64,000 nt of DNA from NCBI RefSeq assembly GCF_902713615.1, contig NC_052158.1, positions 13,636,546-13,700,545 of the forward strand, read 5' to 3'. Made by a program: the position numbers and the translations under genes. This document shows positions 38,813 through 52,050 of the stretch, piece by piece. This DNA is from Scyliorhinus canicula. Taxonomy: Eukaryota. Each line of letters begins with the position of its first letter. Positions within the stretch are counted from its first letter, which is position 1. The notes under the pieces were generated by a model, which saw only the letters and a list, made by a program, of their open reading frames with translations, was not told the origin of the DNA and ran no database searches.

Positions 38813-39635
38813 ACGAAATTGGTTTTAATTGGCGATCCCATAATTTTAAACACTAACGTCCAGTTCTAGATTCTCCAACAGGAGGAAACATCCGCGCCAC
38901 ATCCACCCAGTGAAGAAGAATCAAGATGTTAAAGTATGCGTGAAAATGAGGTAATTCAGATCAGGGCAGCCATTGAAATTATGTATTTTATGTGTGCGCA
39001 TCAAATAATTACTTGCGCCTTATTTTTCCGGAAGTCTCTGAATTCCATAGCGGCAGGAGGTGTTCCAGGCTGGGAGAACGCTGTTTAAATCGGCGTTTCC
39101 TTTTTTGAGTGTAGATGCGGACAGCCGTTAAAAAAAACCTAAATCCACGCAAATTCACGCCTGAAATAATTATCTCAGAAGTTAGAAAGTTAGAGCGAGC
39201 TTTCCCTGTTTCTGCACCCAAACCTTTCGAATCAGTGAGGACAGCAGTTAATCGCGATAGTCAACTGCACAAACTGGGAAATACGCTCACAATTGATATT
39301 CACATTCAGTAACCACTGCTTGGGCCATGCTCGCTTCAGCCTCATACTGCAAACATGTACCCTGAGATACATTCACTTGAGTTGCAAACACTTCAATGAT
39401 CATGATTTCTAAAGAAACACAGACGTTTTTCCTTGTACAGCAGAAAATCCCTGAGGGTATCTGGTGTCCATTACATTAAAGCCTCCTGGACTGACACATG
39501 AGTAGTATTACAACTGGATCTGCAGTTGTACAGAATGGAATTTTGTGTCTGAAATGAATGTCTGAAGCTGCGAAAACAATTAGGAACTCTTCACAAATGA
39601 AAAAAAACATCAATAGTAGATGTACCTTTTCGATT

Positions 39636-39962
39636 CATAGAATTTACAGTGCAGAAGGAGGCTATTCGGCCCATCGAGTCTGCACCGGCTCTTTGAAAGA
39701 GCACCCTACCCATGCCCATACCTCCACCCTATCCCCATAACCCAGTTACCCCATCCAACGCTAAGGTCAATTTAGCATGGCCAATCCACCTAACCTGCAC
39801 ATCTTTGGACTGTGGGAGGAAACCGGAGCACCCGGAGGAATCCCACGCAGACACGGGGAGAACGTGCAGACTCCGCACAGACAGTGAACCAAGCCGGGAA
39901 TCGAACCTGGGATCCTGGAGCTGTGAAGCAATTGTGCTAACCACCATGCTACCGTGCTGCCC
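39636..39962 (-). mobile_element. HE1/V-SINE-like SINE
   Basis: Complete head, core and tail ending accatgctaccgtgctgccc. Confidence 0.92.
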
Positions 39963-42900
39963 TATTCAAGTGGTCTGTTCACTTAACACGAATCTGGTTA
40001 AGTATTTCGTCACTGCTTAGCAGAGTGCTACGTCCAGGTGTTGCTGCAAGATTAATCCAATATTCTAGATTGAAAACAAAGATAACTATGAACTCAAATC
40101 AACAGCAAAGCTGAATTTGAATGTATGTACATCAAAAAAGTAAGCAAAAATGCAGCATTGGTTGAAGTCCCTATGAAGCTATTATGATTGAAACAACCAC
40201 AGCTGGTTCACTGTTTTAATCATTACTTTCTCCATGGGATGTGTGTGTCTCTGACAAGGCTGGCATTTGTTGCCCGTCCTTAATTGCCCTTGAACTGATT
40301 GACTTGTTCGGCAATCTCAGAGGGCAGTTAGGATTCAATCGCATTGCTATTGGTCTGGAGCCACCAGTAGGAGAGACCAGGTAAGGACTAGCATTCTCTC
40401 CCAAAGGGCAAAAGGGAACCAAATGGGATTTTACGACAATCAGTGATACATTCAAAGTTACCATTACTGAGATTCGTTTTATAATTCCGAATTTCTGAAT
40501 GTTGGTCTAATATCAGCAGCTACCATGGTGCAATTTGAACCCATGTCCCCAGGACATAAGCCTGGGTTGTAGGTAACATCAGACCCAATGGAAGTAGTTT
40601 AGCATTTAACTGATCCCTGTAGTATCCTGCGCACTTGTTCAGTTGTATCAAACTGCTATATTGCAGGAAATCAAGCACGCCCTCAAAAGACCAGCAGTGG
40701 TTGAAATTACGTGCGACGCCTGCATACCAAAATAAATATGTTTTTCATTGCGGGTAACTGGAGGTGTGAAGCTGCAGCGTTCTCACTGCTCAATCGTTTT
40801 TGTTAGTTCATTGAGTGGGCCCAAAGTGCGCTTTTTCAGACATGCCGATGAGATTATATGTAGCAACACGGATTCCAAAATAACTAACATGTGCACAGCT
40901 GGAACAAACTCGGTTTTTAAGCGCAGAAAGTAAGAGGCAAGCATGAGTAGAGGTCGCTATGCAAGGCCTGTACATGTAAATGAACTAAGTTGTGAAATGA
41001 AACCCGAGCAGTAGCAACATTTCAATTCAGCGAACATGTTTAAATATCCATTTTCAGTGAGCTGGCCCAACGGTGTAACAGATTATCAACTGAATACAAT
41101 AAGCAGATTAAATGCCAGGTCAACTTTTACTTAATTGTTCACTAATTTATAATACATGTTTTATGGCACCATGAACCAATGGAAAATTGCTGACTATATA
41201 GTCACAACTATCATTTAGCGACCCATTGTAAAGACAATAAATGGTATTTGAAAACGGGCACAATATTGCATTTTCCTTTTTCATATTTGCACTGAAGCCG
41301 AAATTTAGGTTAATATGAAAATGGTTCATTGTTTCAAATCTAAATTTGGATTCCGGGCAAATATAAATATTTGGGTTAAAATTTAGCCTGCTCGTTGGCC
41401 AAAAGGAATGGTCATAATATTGGACAATACGGCAGCTGGCAAAAAGCCATCAACATTTGCAACATCTGCAAGATGCACTGCAGTAACTTGCCAAGGTTCC
41501 TTAGGCAACACCTTCCAAACAAGAGCTCCATATAACTGGGAACCCCGACACCTGGATGTTCCCCTCTAGGTAACTCACCGCCCAGACTTGGAAATGTATC
41601 ACCGTTCCTTCAATGTCGCTGAGGCAACATCCTAGAACTTCGCATCTAACAGAAAAGTGGGTGTGGCTATACCTCAAGGACTGCAGCAGTTCATGAAGGC
41701 AACTCCCCGCCACCTTCTGAATGGCAACTAGGGATGGGCAATAAATGCAGGCCTAACCAACGTCGCCCACATCCCGTAAATTAAGAAAACAAATTGTGGC
41801 CATCAACCTGTGTCGAGGTTCAAATAAATATGGATTTCTATCTTTCCAGTTGCATTCTGTTCAAATGCGGAAACGGAAAATATTACTTGGATTCTATCTT
41901 TACGTGTCTTCAAATTCTCTGTATTGGCTGGGTGAGCAAAGTCACCCAAGTCTAGAAATTGTGCAACAGCAGCCTGGTGGAACTTGGCTATTGATGTGAG
42001 TTTGCGCGAGAGGAAGGCGTCCCGTAACTTAGAGCGGTCTCTTGTTAATGACAAGAATGAAATCCAAAAGACATTGACCACGAAGTGATATTTTAGAGCT
42101 CAACACACTATTTAAATATAATAATCTCATTTTCAAAGCAGCTCAATTTAACTTCCCAGTTTGGTTTACTTTGGGTGATGATGAATGTTAAAGACTGAAA
42201 CTTCTTCAAACCGAGAAAGATACCCGACAAACATATCTAAACAGAGAAACAGATTGCTGATTCTCGGTACGGGAGGAATGGACGCAAATCGCCAGGGAAT
42301 GTGCAGTCCTACATAGGGGAGAACGCGCAGACGGACAGATAGGTCAGTAGAAAACACGAGGACAAGAGAAAGTACTTCGGCCCCGTGGGTGGAAGGGGGT
42401 GCAGCAGCGACCCTTTGTGCCTGTCAATGCACCATGACTAACAAGTTCCGACAGAGATATTTTGAGATGTATGTTGACAAAACGGGTACTTTAAACATCT
42501 TAAAAAGGGAAAGAACCCGGTTATGAACAGAACATATATACTCAAGCCATTGTATTGTAGATAACCATATCAACAAAATCTGATAAGCATTTAACACAAA
42601 GTAATTCATATGAACAGTAGAATGGCATTTAAGTTCCGGGGTTAGAAACCTGGATAGACAATCCTGGCGGAGGATCTCAACTCTCCAGGACAGTTGCAGA
42701 ATTTCAAGCCCGTTAACAAATGCGGAATAAAAAACTAAAATCAGTCAGTGTTGACCATAGAATCACAAATCACAAGATGGTGACGCAAAAGGGTGTCATT
42801 TGGCTCAGCCTAACTGCATTTGCTCTCCAAACGTGCTTCATGACCATGAGTCATCCAATTGACGCGTGAACTATTTGGTTAAACAAAGCCCTTTATATAA

Positions 42901-43962
42901 TAGTTACAACACATACGGAGGCCATTCTGCCCGTCGAGTCGAGGCCAGCTCTCTGCGAGACTAATTCAACTAGTCCCACTCACTCACTATTTGCCCAGAG
43001 CACTGCCATTTTTTTTTCTACTTCAATTCTGTTTTTTTAATTCGTTCATGGCATGTCGGCAAGGGGGAAGTTAGGAATCGACCACATTGCCGTGGGTCTG
43101 GAGTCACATATAGGCCAGACCAGACTTTTTTTAAATTCCAGATATTTTATTGAGTTTTTAAATTCCATTGCCTGCTGCGGTGACATTTGAACCCATGCCC
43201 CCAGATCCTTATCCTGGGCTTCTGGATTGCCAGCCCAGCGAAAACACCACTATGTAAACGCCTCCCCTAATTTCCTTTTGAAATCCACCATTTATTCTGT
43301 CTTCACCGAACTCCCCCTTCCACATCCTGGACAGTCCGCGAGTAAAACTGTTTTTCTCGTGTTGTCCTTGGCCGGTTGCCAGTCACGTTAAATCGCCTCT
43401 AGCTCTCGGAAGGTGATACGTTCTTTACAGAATTAAATTTAGCAGGTCTGGGCCATATGATACCTCTGGCTCAAAACAACGTGGTTCACTCTTAACCGTA
43501 CTCTGAAAATGATGTATACTAGGTTGCATTAGCAGAGGAAAGCAGAGTGTAATAAAGATATGTATTAATTGCTGAAGCATTGGCCACAGCTTCTACATTC
43601 CTATATGGAGTTCTGAAATGAAAATAAAAAGTGTTTGAGGAGAGTCAGCAGGTCTGCTAGCGACTGTGGAGAACAACATTGCTAAAGTTTCGAGTTCAGT
43701 TTACTTCTCTGCAGAACTGCCAGAGTTCTGGAGTTCTGATTGGTTCACCATAATGGAGATATTGTTTCTCTTCTGTTGATACATCGCAGGGTGGAGATCA
43801 ACAAATCTGCACCCAAGCATCCACATCTTAATCATTAGTGTAAATTCACTCGGCTTGTTCCCAGAGAGTTGTAGAAATTTCAATGTAAATTGCGGTCCTG
43901 CTTGTTCCAGTGACAGCTCATCGTTACGCATTCCCTCTAGAATCCTCTTCATCTGTACTGAT

Positions 43963-44485
43963 ATGGAGATGCCGGCGTTGGACTGGGGTGAGCACAGTAA
44001 GAAGTCTTACAACACCATGTTAAAGTCCAACAGGTTTATTTGGAATCAGTAGCTTTCGGAGCGCAGTTCCTTCACCAGCTGAGTGAAGAGGTGTGTTACA
44101 CAAACACACCATATAAAGTCAAACCAATGATGCAAGATGATATTTTGAATGCCAGTCTTTGCGGGTAATTGAGTCTTCACAGGTCTAGACGGTGTGACTG
44201 GAGAGAGGGATAATCACAGATCATCCTACCAACTGTCCTAGCTTGAGACAATTCACACCTCTTTAACCTGTGATTATCCCTCGCTCCAGCCTCACCTTCT
44301 GGACCTGTAAAGACCTAGCTACCTGCTCAGACTCGCATTCAAAGTATCATCTTGTATTGTCTTTGTATGCTGTGTTTGTGTCGTCTACCTCTTCACTCAC
44401 CTGATGAAGGAGCTGCGCTCCGAAAGCTAGTGATTCCAAATAAACCTATTGGGACTTTAACCTGGTATTGTAAGGCTTCCTACGT
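43963..44485. mobile_element. Penelope-type palindromic (inverted pLTR-like) retroelement remnant
   Basis: About 43995-44225 is the imperfect reverse complement of about 44260-44485; each arm holds a hammerhead-like motif. Confidence 0.72.
44397..44433 (+). ncRNA. Minimal type I hammerhead ribozyme motif
   Basis: TCAC-CTGATGA-A-GGAGC-TGC-GCTCC-GAAA-GC-TA-GTGA: stem I TCAC/GTGA, intact core, 5-bp stem II, palindromic AGCT stem III, UA cleavage site. Confidence 0.75.
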
Positions 44486-46495
44486 CATCTGTACTCTTTG
44501 GTAAGTTGGTTCTTCCTGTTAATTAGTACCAAGCTTCTCTGTAGGTTCAAGCCCCATTGCCGTAATTAAATCTACAATCTAGGGAGAAGAAAAACCCGAA
44601 AATGCTGGAAAAGCTCAGAACCAGCATCTGTGAGAACAAATCACACAATTAATGTTTCAAGTCCAATGTGACACTGCATCAGAACTAGCAGACTGACCGT
44701 AATCTAGGAGAACCTTTAGTGAAGTACTGCGCGAGGTGAAACTCCTCAGATCAAGTATTAAAACGGGTGTAAGTGAAATATCCCAGAACAGGCACTTCCT
44801 TCAGTATTTCAATATTAAATACTAATATCTTCCAACATATACCTGAATCAACATAATCAGAGCAATGCAATACATAAATATTCGACCCATGTGCAGTGTC
44901 GTATTATATGGAATAATTAGCAGCAACGATTATACTTCAGATATTATTAATTGATTATGAATCAATTTCCAATATCATGGAAACCCTAATGTGACTGTGT
45001 GTAGCAACCTTGTTTATTTAAGCACGCAACACCTTTATCCTAAATTGTATAACGGGCTTTACATTAAAACTGTCCGCAGTAGCTCATTCCACACCTTAAT
45101 AGTCCTTTGCTCGAAAACACACTGCTATGTTTTTTAGACTGCCTTAGGATCGTCTACGCCAATAAATGCAGGTCAGTTTAAATTTCCTATCGTATTTACG
45201 TTATTTAATTATTTATATACCACTCCCTGAATCTCAGATGCAACCTTACATTAGCACCATCATGCCTTTCCATATTTATGTTAATCACTGCACTCTACTC
45301 TATTTGCCAAACAAGGCTTTTCTTTCTTCAGACTTTATCCAACAAAAATAATGTTCCGGTTGCCGGGATTGATTTTTCCCGCAGGCAGCACAACCCTACC
45401 AGCGGGTTTCCGGCGGCGTCGGGTGGTAACAATGGGATATCCCCATTGACAATCGTCGGCAAGATAGAATCCCGCTACCAGCGAACGGTGCCCGACCGAG
45501 GAATACGCGGCTGGCGAAACGCAGAATCCTCTCCTCTGAGCATTCAATGGAATTCCCGTCAGTAAATCAGCCATTCTTAACAAATTGAGGGTTACCATTG
45601 ACCAAAACACGATACTGGGCCAGCGATGTCAAATCTGTGGCTCCAAAAGCAGGTCAGCGGCTGGAAACACTTAGTACATCAATCGCGTTCTGACCCCCAA
45701 AATCCAGTCCACCATGGACAAGGCACAAGTCAGGAATGTGATGGAATGCTCTCAACCTGTCAGGATAAAGAAGATTAACAACATTCAAGAACCACCTACA
45801 TCTTCCCCTCTAGTCTCAACCACTCAACAGCTGACCTGCAAATCCATGGTCCATCCTGCACAGCCGTTGTGCCAAACTTCTTGAACTCCTTCCCGATGAC
45901 ATCACATGGACTTCAGCGGTTCAAGTAGGCGGCTCACCGCCACACTGTCGAAGGTAATTAGGGATGGGCAATACGTGCTGGTCTATAACGACGCCGACAT
46001 CCCGTAAACGAAAAGTGAGAAAAATGGAAATCCCAGAATCAGACATTGGATTAATGATTTAAGTCCACTATCACTTTAAAGGCAAATTGTGTATCGCTAT
46101 TTCTCAATTGCCCTTCGTCACTGGTACTCCACTCCGAATGCTATTCTTATTCTATTTTCAGTGTTTGCTCCCGACATAATGGACGTAGATTTATGTAAAC
46201 TTAAATGTGTTGTGCTCTTCATTTTGCAATCCTTTGAATTCTCTTTTACAAAATTAAGATATACAATCACTTGTAATTTTTAGATTTTTAAGAAAAATGT
46301 CGGCTTCGTGCACCATTCATGATCATACATTAGACTGAGAACAAATGTAAATACAGATCCTTGTAAGTGATGATTAAAAGATGTGTTTTTACCTTCACCG
46401 ACGAGACAAATATGGAGGGTTCCCGCAGGTTAACGCCAAGGTATAGGCACACGTTCCCTCAATCCTTAGAACAGATCTTACTGAACAAAAGTTAA

Positions 46496-46842
46496 TCATG
46501 GAATCCCTACAGTGCAGAAATAGCCCATTCGGCCCATCGAGTCTGCGCCGACCCTTCAAATGAGCACTTTGCCCATTTACGAATGTCCACCCCGCCCTAT
46601 CCCTATCCCCGTAACCACATCACATAACCTAAGCTGCACGTCCCTGGACACTAAGGGGAAATTTGGCATAGCCAATCCACCTAACCTGCACATCTTTGGA
46701 CTGTGGAAGGAAACCGGAGCACCAGAAGGGAGTCATCGCAGACACGGGAAGAAGGTGCAAACTCGACAGTCACCCGAGACCAGCATTGAACCCGGGGCCC
46801 TGGCGCTGTGGGATAGCAGTGCTAACCAATGTGCCACCGCCG
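46496..46842 (-). mobile_element. HE1/V-SINE-like SINE
   Basis: catggaatccctacagtgcagaa...gctaaccaatgtgccaccg. Confidence 0.88.
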
Positions 46843-48805
46843 TAATCATTGTGAACGATTATAAAGGAAACTGTGAACGAAAGTTTCAATCAGTAGCTTT
46901 GCACATGAGTCGTGGAATTCGCCGACAGTTCTATCTCTCGCTTTCATAACTTTGGCGAAGGAGTGGACACATATCCCCTGCCGGGTTTCCATTGATCAGC
47001 AGATAAAAATCAGAAATATAAAAAACCCCGCCGCAGAAATTGTTGTTGATAATTTACTAAACCCAACCTGGGAATGCACACCATAGGGCCTCCCCCCAAC
47101 CCCATCCCCTCACCCCGACCTCAAACCAACTCAGCCTCCTCCAACACTCCAACGCCCCCCTCCCCCACCCACCTCCCATCCCTACACCACCTTCACCCAT
47201 CCCACTGTTCTGTTGTTTTTCAATGTGCATTCAATTTAGTCTTCCTTTATGTTGAACTATCGATAATAGTATTTATGTTGGCCCCACCTACATTAATCTC
47301 AGTAGGTCCTGTAAATACGGGGGACAGTTGGGAACTTTGGATCAGATTGGCAGGGTAGCACTTTACACTCACACAGTTAGCCCATTATAACTCCTTTCAC
47401 TGCCTTCCGAAGAAAGCCAGAGACAAGAGCGGTGATTTTGTCCGCGGCATTTTTTAAGTAGGCCATAAAACACATGGATGAAAATATTTGATGGACTCAT
47501 TTTGGTTGTGTGATTGATTTTATATGGGTTTTTAAATGCACTTTTCCTCATACTAAAGCGAATGATTGACCGCTTTAAACTGTGCAGGCAGACGCCACCA
47601 CAAATAAATCGGCGTGCGAATTTGAATAGTAGATTTGCATATAAGATGAAAGTGTACTTTCCTGCAAATAAACACCGTTTGGGAAATGGGAGTTTATAAC
47701 GTAGACCTAGATTATGCTTGTCAATCATGTCTCGGTTTAAATTAAGGTAGATCAATAAGCATAGCCAACATAAGCAATTCAAACAATTTATACCTCGCCA
47801 AACATCATCAATCCATCCGTGGTCGGAAGTCTAAAACGAAGCTAAAGGCTTGAGTTTATGTAGCGCCTCCCTCGAACTCCGAAAACTCTTTAAAATCAAT
47901 GAGACACGGTTACCGTTTCAAAAAGTCCGTCAGCCATGTGGAACACAGCGCCATTCGGCAAACACTAATGTGAGCACAGCCTCATAACGTTTATCGAGAG
48001 ATAGCCATTGGCAAAGAGCACTCTGGTCTCCTCCTTCAGAATAATGCCATGGGGTCTTCCATAGCCATTCAGGCGGGCAGGCGGGAATGCCAATAGCGGC
48101 ATCTCCAACAGTTCATTCACAACCCAAATCTTTGTGCTGAAGTGTGCCGGAGGCGGGGTGGGGGTGATGAACTCACGGTCTAAGAAGTGATAGTGAATTC
48201 CCGATCTATGTGGGAACACATTTGCCACGGGCCTGAAAAGGTGCACAAGAATTGGGCTGCTGGCGAACTGTTCAAGACTGACACGTGGCGGTAGGTTATA
48301 CACATAATCATTACTTAAGTGATATTGCAACTGGAGTCACAGACGTGCGATTAGCTGAACGGAAACTCTTGGTCACCTCTGTAACAAGACCCATGCAACC
48401 CCCCCCCCCCCCCCCAAACACCCCACCACCACACACATGCACACACCCCTTTAGACACATTCAACGCCATCGTCACGGAGCAATCTGCAGTGTGGACGAG
48501 GACGCCAGAGAATAAATATAAAATCGCACCATTTGAGAGCGTAGAAAGTTGGTGAGTTTATTGTTATGTTTCCTGTTGACTTTACGTATCAAACAACACC
48601 AACAGTGCATTGTGTGCAATTCCTGAATTCTAATAGAAAAACACGTTTAGAGGCGAGGAGTTTCTCATGCTGTGCAAGATTGTGTATCCTGTGTCGTCAA
48701 GGTGCTAAACCACAATTAATTCCATTCACGCGCTTGAAGTGGGTAATGTTATCTGCTCACCTTGCTTCACCTCAATATTTCCATCTCTTCACACACTCAC
48801 AGAAG

Positions 48806-48863
48806 ATGGCCTTAAGTCGACAGCTCACTCTCCTGCAGCTAATTCTCGTTGCAACGCACACGG
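48806..48863 (+). CDS. Gene B leader exon (MALSRQLTLLQLILVATHT-G)
   Basis: aagATGG Kozak, hydrophobic signal peptide, phase-1 donor G|gtgagt matching the V exon; possible 5' UTR intron 48552-48802; RUNX-type AACCACA at 48708. Confidence 0.88.
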
Positions 48864-49129
48864 GTGAGTTAATTGTATTTCTACTGCTTACAGATAACGC
48901 CGATAGGCTACAGCACCGTGCTAAACTAAATTGCAAAATTTGCAGAAGCGAGGCATTATTTCGGAAAATATTTCCACGTCTCGATCGGTACAACCCACGT
49001 GGGGCCAAACCGTTCACTTTTTCCTCCTGCTGTTTACAGAAGGTTTCAGTCTCTGCTTAGCAATTAAACCTCCCTTCTGCTGGCAGCATTACAATTATTA
49101 TTCATAGCTGATCACACGGAGGCACAATT

Positions 49130-50690
49130 TCCCAGAGGTTTCCTCGATCCCCGGCCCTAATTTTGATGGAAGGTGAGTGGTTGTTTTGGATGATAGATCT
49201 GCCGCCGAATGCCTGATGGCCAATATCTTAGGGTCTTGAAGGAAGTGGCAACAGAGATAGCAGAGGCATTGACTGTAATACTCCAGAATTCCCTGGTTTC
49301 TGGAAAGGTTCAAGTGGATTGGAAAAAGGCTAATATAACGCCCTGTTCAAGAAGGGAGAGGGGCAAAAAGAGGAAACTATAAAGCAGTTAGCTTAAGGTA
49401 TGTCATTGGGAAATTGTTGGAATTCATAATTGAGGAAGTAGTAATGGGACATTTGGAAAGTCAAAGGACAATCCATCAGAGTCAGCATGGTTTCATGAAG
49501 GGTAAATCGTGTTTGACTAATCTGCCAGAGTTCTACGAAGATGTAACCAACAAAATGGATAACCAGGGTCCTCTGGACCTCTGGAAGACATTTGACAAAA
49601 TATTAATACAAAAGGTAAGAATGCACGGGGTTGGGGAAAATATATTAGCTTGGATGGAGGGCTGGCTAACCAACAGGAAGCGGAGATGGAGAAAATGGGT
49701 CTTTTTCTAGATGGCAAGCTATAACTAATGGTGTGCCTCAGGGTCCTTACCTTGGGCCATAGCTAGTTACTATATATTAATGATTTGGATGCAGGATGGA
49801 TGGTACAGTAAGCAATGTTGCAGATGACACTAAAATAGGTGGCAAAACAAGTTGCAATGAGGAAATAAGAAACTTACAAAATGGATATGGATAAGGTAGG
49901 TGAATGGGGCAACAATTGGCAGATGGAATTTAATGATGACGAGTGTGAGGCTATCCAATGTAGTCGGTGGAATAAGAAAACAACCTATTATCTAAACGGA
50001 GTGAAACTTCAAATACTTCGGTGCAGGGGGATCTGGGTGTCCTCGCGCATGAATCGCAAAACGTTAGCATAAAGTTGCAGCAAGTATTAAGGAAGGCAAA
50101 TTGAATTTTGGCAATTAATGCTATTTGAATAGAGTATAAAAGTAGGGAAGTGATGTTGCAACTGTATAGGGCATTGACCAGTCTGCATCTGGAATACTGC
50201 GCACAATTCTGGTCCCCTTCCTTGAGGAAGGATGTAAATGCTTGAGAGGCGGTTCAGAGAAGGTTCACTAGATTGATTCCATGGATGAAGGACGTGTGTT
50301 GTGAAGCAAGATTGAGCAGCTAAAGCCGACACTCGCTGGAGTATAGAAGAATGAGAGGAGATCAATTGAGGAATGTAAGTCGCTAAAGGAATTTGACAGG
50401 GTCGGGGGTAGACCACCTGTATATTTCGTTGGACATTCTAGAACGAGAGCCCATCGTTTTCGGCTAGGGGATGGCAGGTTTAAATTAGAACGAAGGAGAA
50501 ATTGCTTCACTGAAACGGAACCCCGAGCGCTAACCAAATTTGAGGACGTAGATAGTTTTTTTTAAGTAGTCGCGGACTGAAGGGAAGTTGGCAGGAAAGT
50601 TTAGTTGAGGCCGAGATGAGATCAGCCATGATCGGATTGAATGGCGGAGCAGATTCGAGGGGCTGAATTGCTAATCTTGCTCCGAGTTCT
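49130..50690 (+). mobile_element. Degraded CR1 LINE fragment
   Basis: QSQHGFMKGKSCLTNL, WQMEFN, gagatcagccatgatcggattgaatggcggagcag tail. Confidence 0.85.
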
Positions 50691-51094
50691 TATATTCTAA
50701 ATTGTGAGGGGAGATGCACTGAATCCGCCGAAGAAATTCCGGGGGGTATCTTTCATTAGATTAAAGAAGATGATGGAACGTCGCTGACAGCGAGTGACGG
50801 CTGTAAATGTTTTCCGCCGAGCAGGAGTTACGTCAGGAAAATAATCATTCCGAAGCACGATTATATATTCCGAAATTGAGGTGGGGCACTCTCCAAATTC
50901 AAATCTGTTTATTCATTAATGTAAGGGTGGTTATTATTGTCTAATGGATGTTTTTATATCATTCCCGGGATGTGTGCGGTATTGACTCTTGAATAATGGC
51001 CAAGCGTGGTTGGTGTCCATTTCTTGTTGCATTCGGAATACTTCATAGAGAATGAGGCTCAACAACACAATCAACCATTAAAGTGCTATCAGAA

Positions 51095-51860
51095 GCAAAT
51101 ATTCACCTGGTACCAGAAGCCAATATTAACCTTCACACACACACCAATATTAACCTGACATCACATCGCAACATGAACCTGCCCACACAACCCAACATTA
51201 ACTTGCCAACACAACCCAACATTAATCTGCCAACAGAACCCAACATTAACCTAACGACACAATCTAACATTAACCTCACCAGAAAACCTAATATTAACCT
51301 GCCCACGCAATGAAACATTAACCTGCCCACACAACCAACTTTAACCTGCCCACACAACCCAACATTAACCTGCCAACACAACCCAACATTAACCTGCCCA
51401 CACAACCCAATATTAACCTGCCCACGCAATGGAACATTAACCTGCCAACGCAACCAACTTTAACCTGCCCACACAACCCAACATTAACCTGCCAACACAA
51501 CCCAACATTAATCTGCCCACACAACCCAACATTAACCTGCCCACATAACCCAATATTAACCTGCCCACGCAATGAAACATTAACCTGTCAACGCAACCAA
51601 CTTTAACCTGCCAACACAACCCAACATTAATCTGCCCATACAACATTAACCTGGCAATGCAAAACAACATTAACCTGCCCACACAACCCAACATTAACAT
51701 TCACGCACAACCCAACATTAACCTGCCCACACAACCAAACATTGATCTGCCAACACAACCCAACACAACCTGCCCATACAACGTTAATCTGCACATACAA
51801 CATTAACCTGCCAGTACAATAAACACTCATCTTCCGACACAACCCAACAATAACTTGCCT
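51095..51860. repeat. ~24-bp minisatellite (cccacacaacccaacattaacctg)n in gene B intron
   Basis: About 30 imperfect units read directly. Confidence 0.95.
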
Positions 51861-52050
51861 TTCTCTTTCAGGTGCTGACTGTTTTGCTAGACATTTCTAA
51901 TACATATTTGACGCTAGCAGTATCCACCGGTCTAATCATGTTCCTAACATCTGTGTGAGATGAAGTGAGCATTAGAGTTCCCAACTGAAATTCTCAAGCA
52001 GCACGTCACGTTTTCTAATTATCTCTGGATTTTTTTTTGTTTACCAATAG

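Noticed and set aside
40840-40929. 90-nt plus-strand segment with good splice signals (HADEIICSNTDSKITNMC...)
   Set aside because: No partner exons or recognisable domain; such signals arise by chance in 64 kb
51083-51842. ORFs with PTQPNINL or CVGRLMLG repeats as mucin-like or Cys-rich proteins
   Set aside because: Translations of the minisatellite; in-frame stops and unit-length shifts
51095-51860. Possible CRISPR-like array
   Set aside because: Contiguous tandem units with no unique spacers, in eukaryotic DNA
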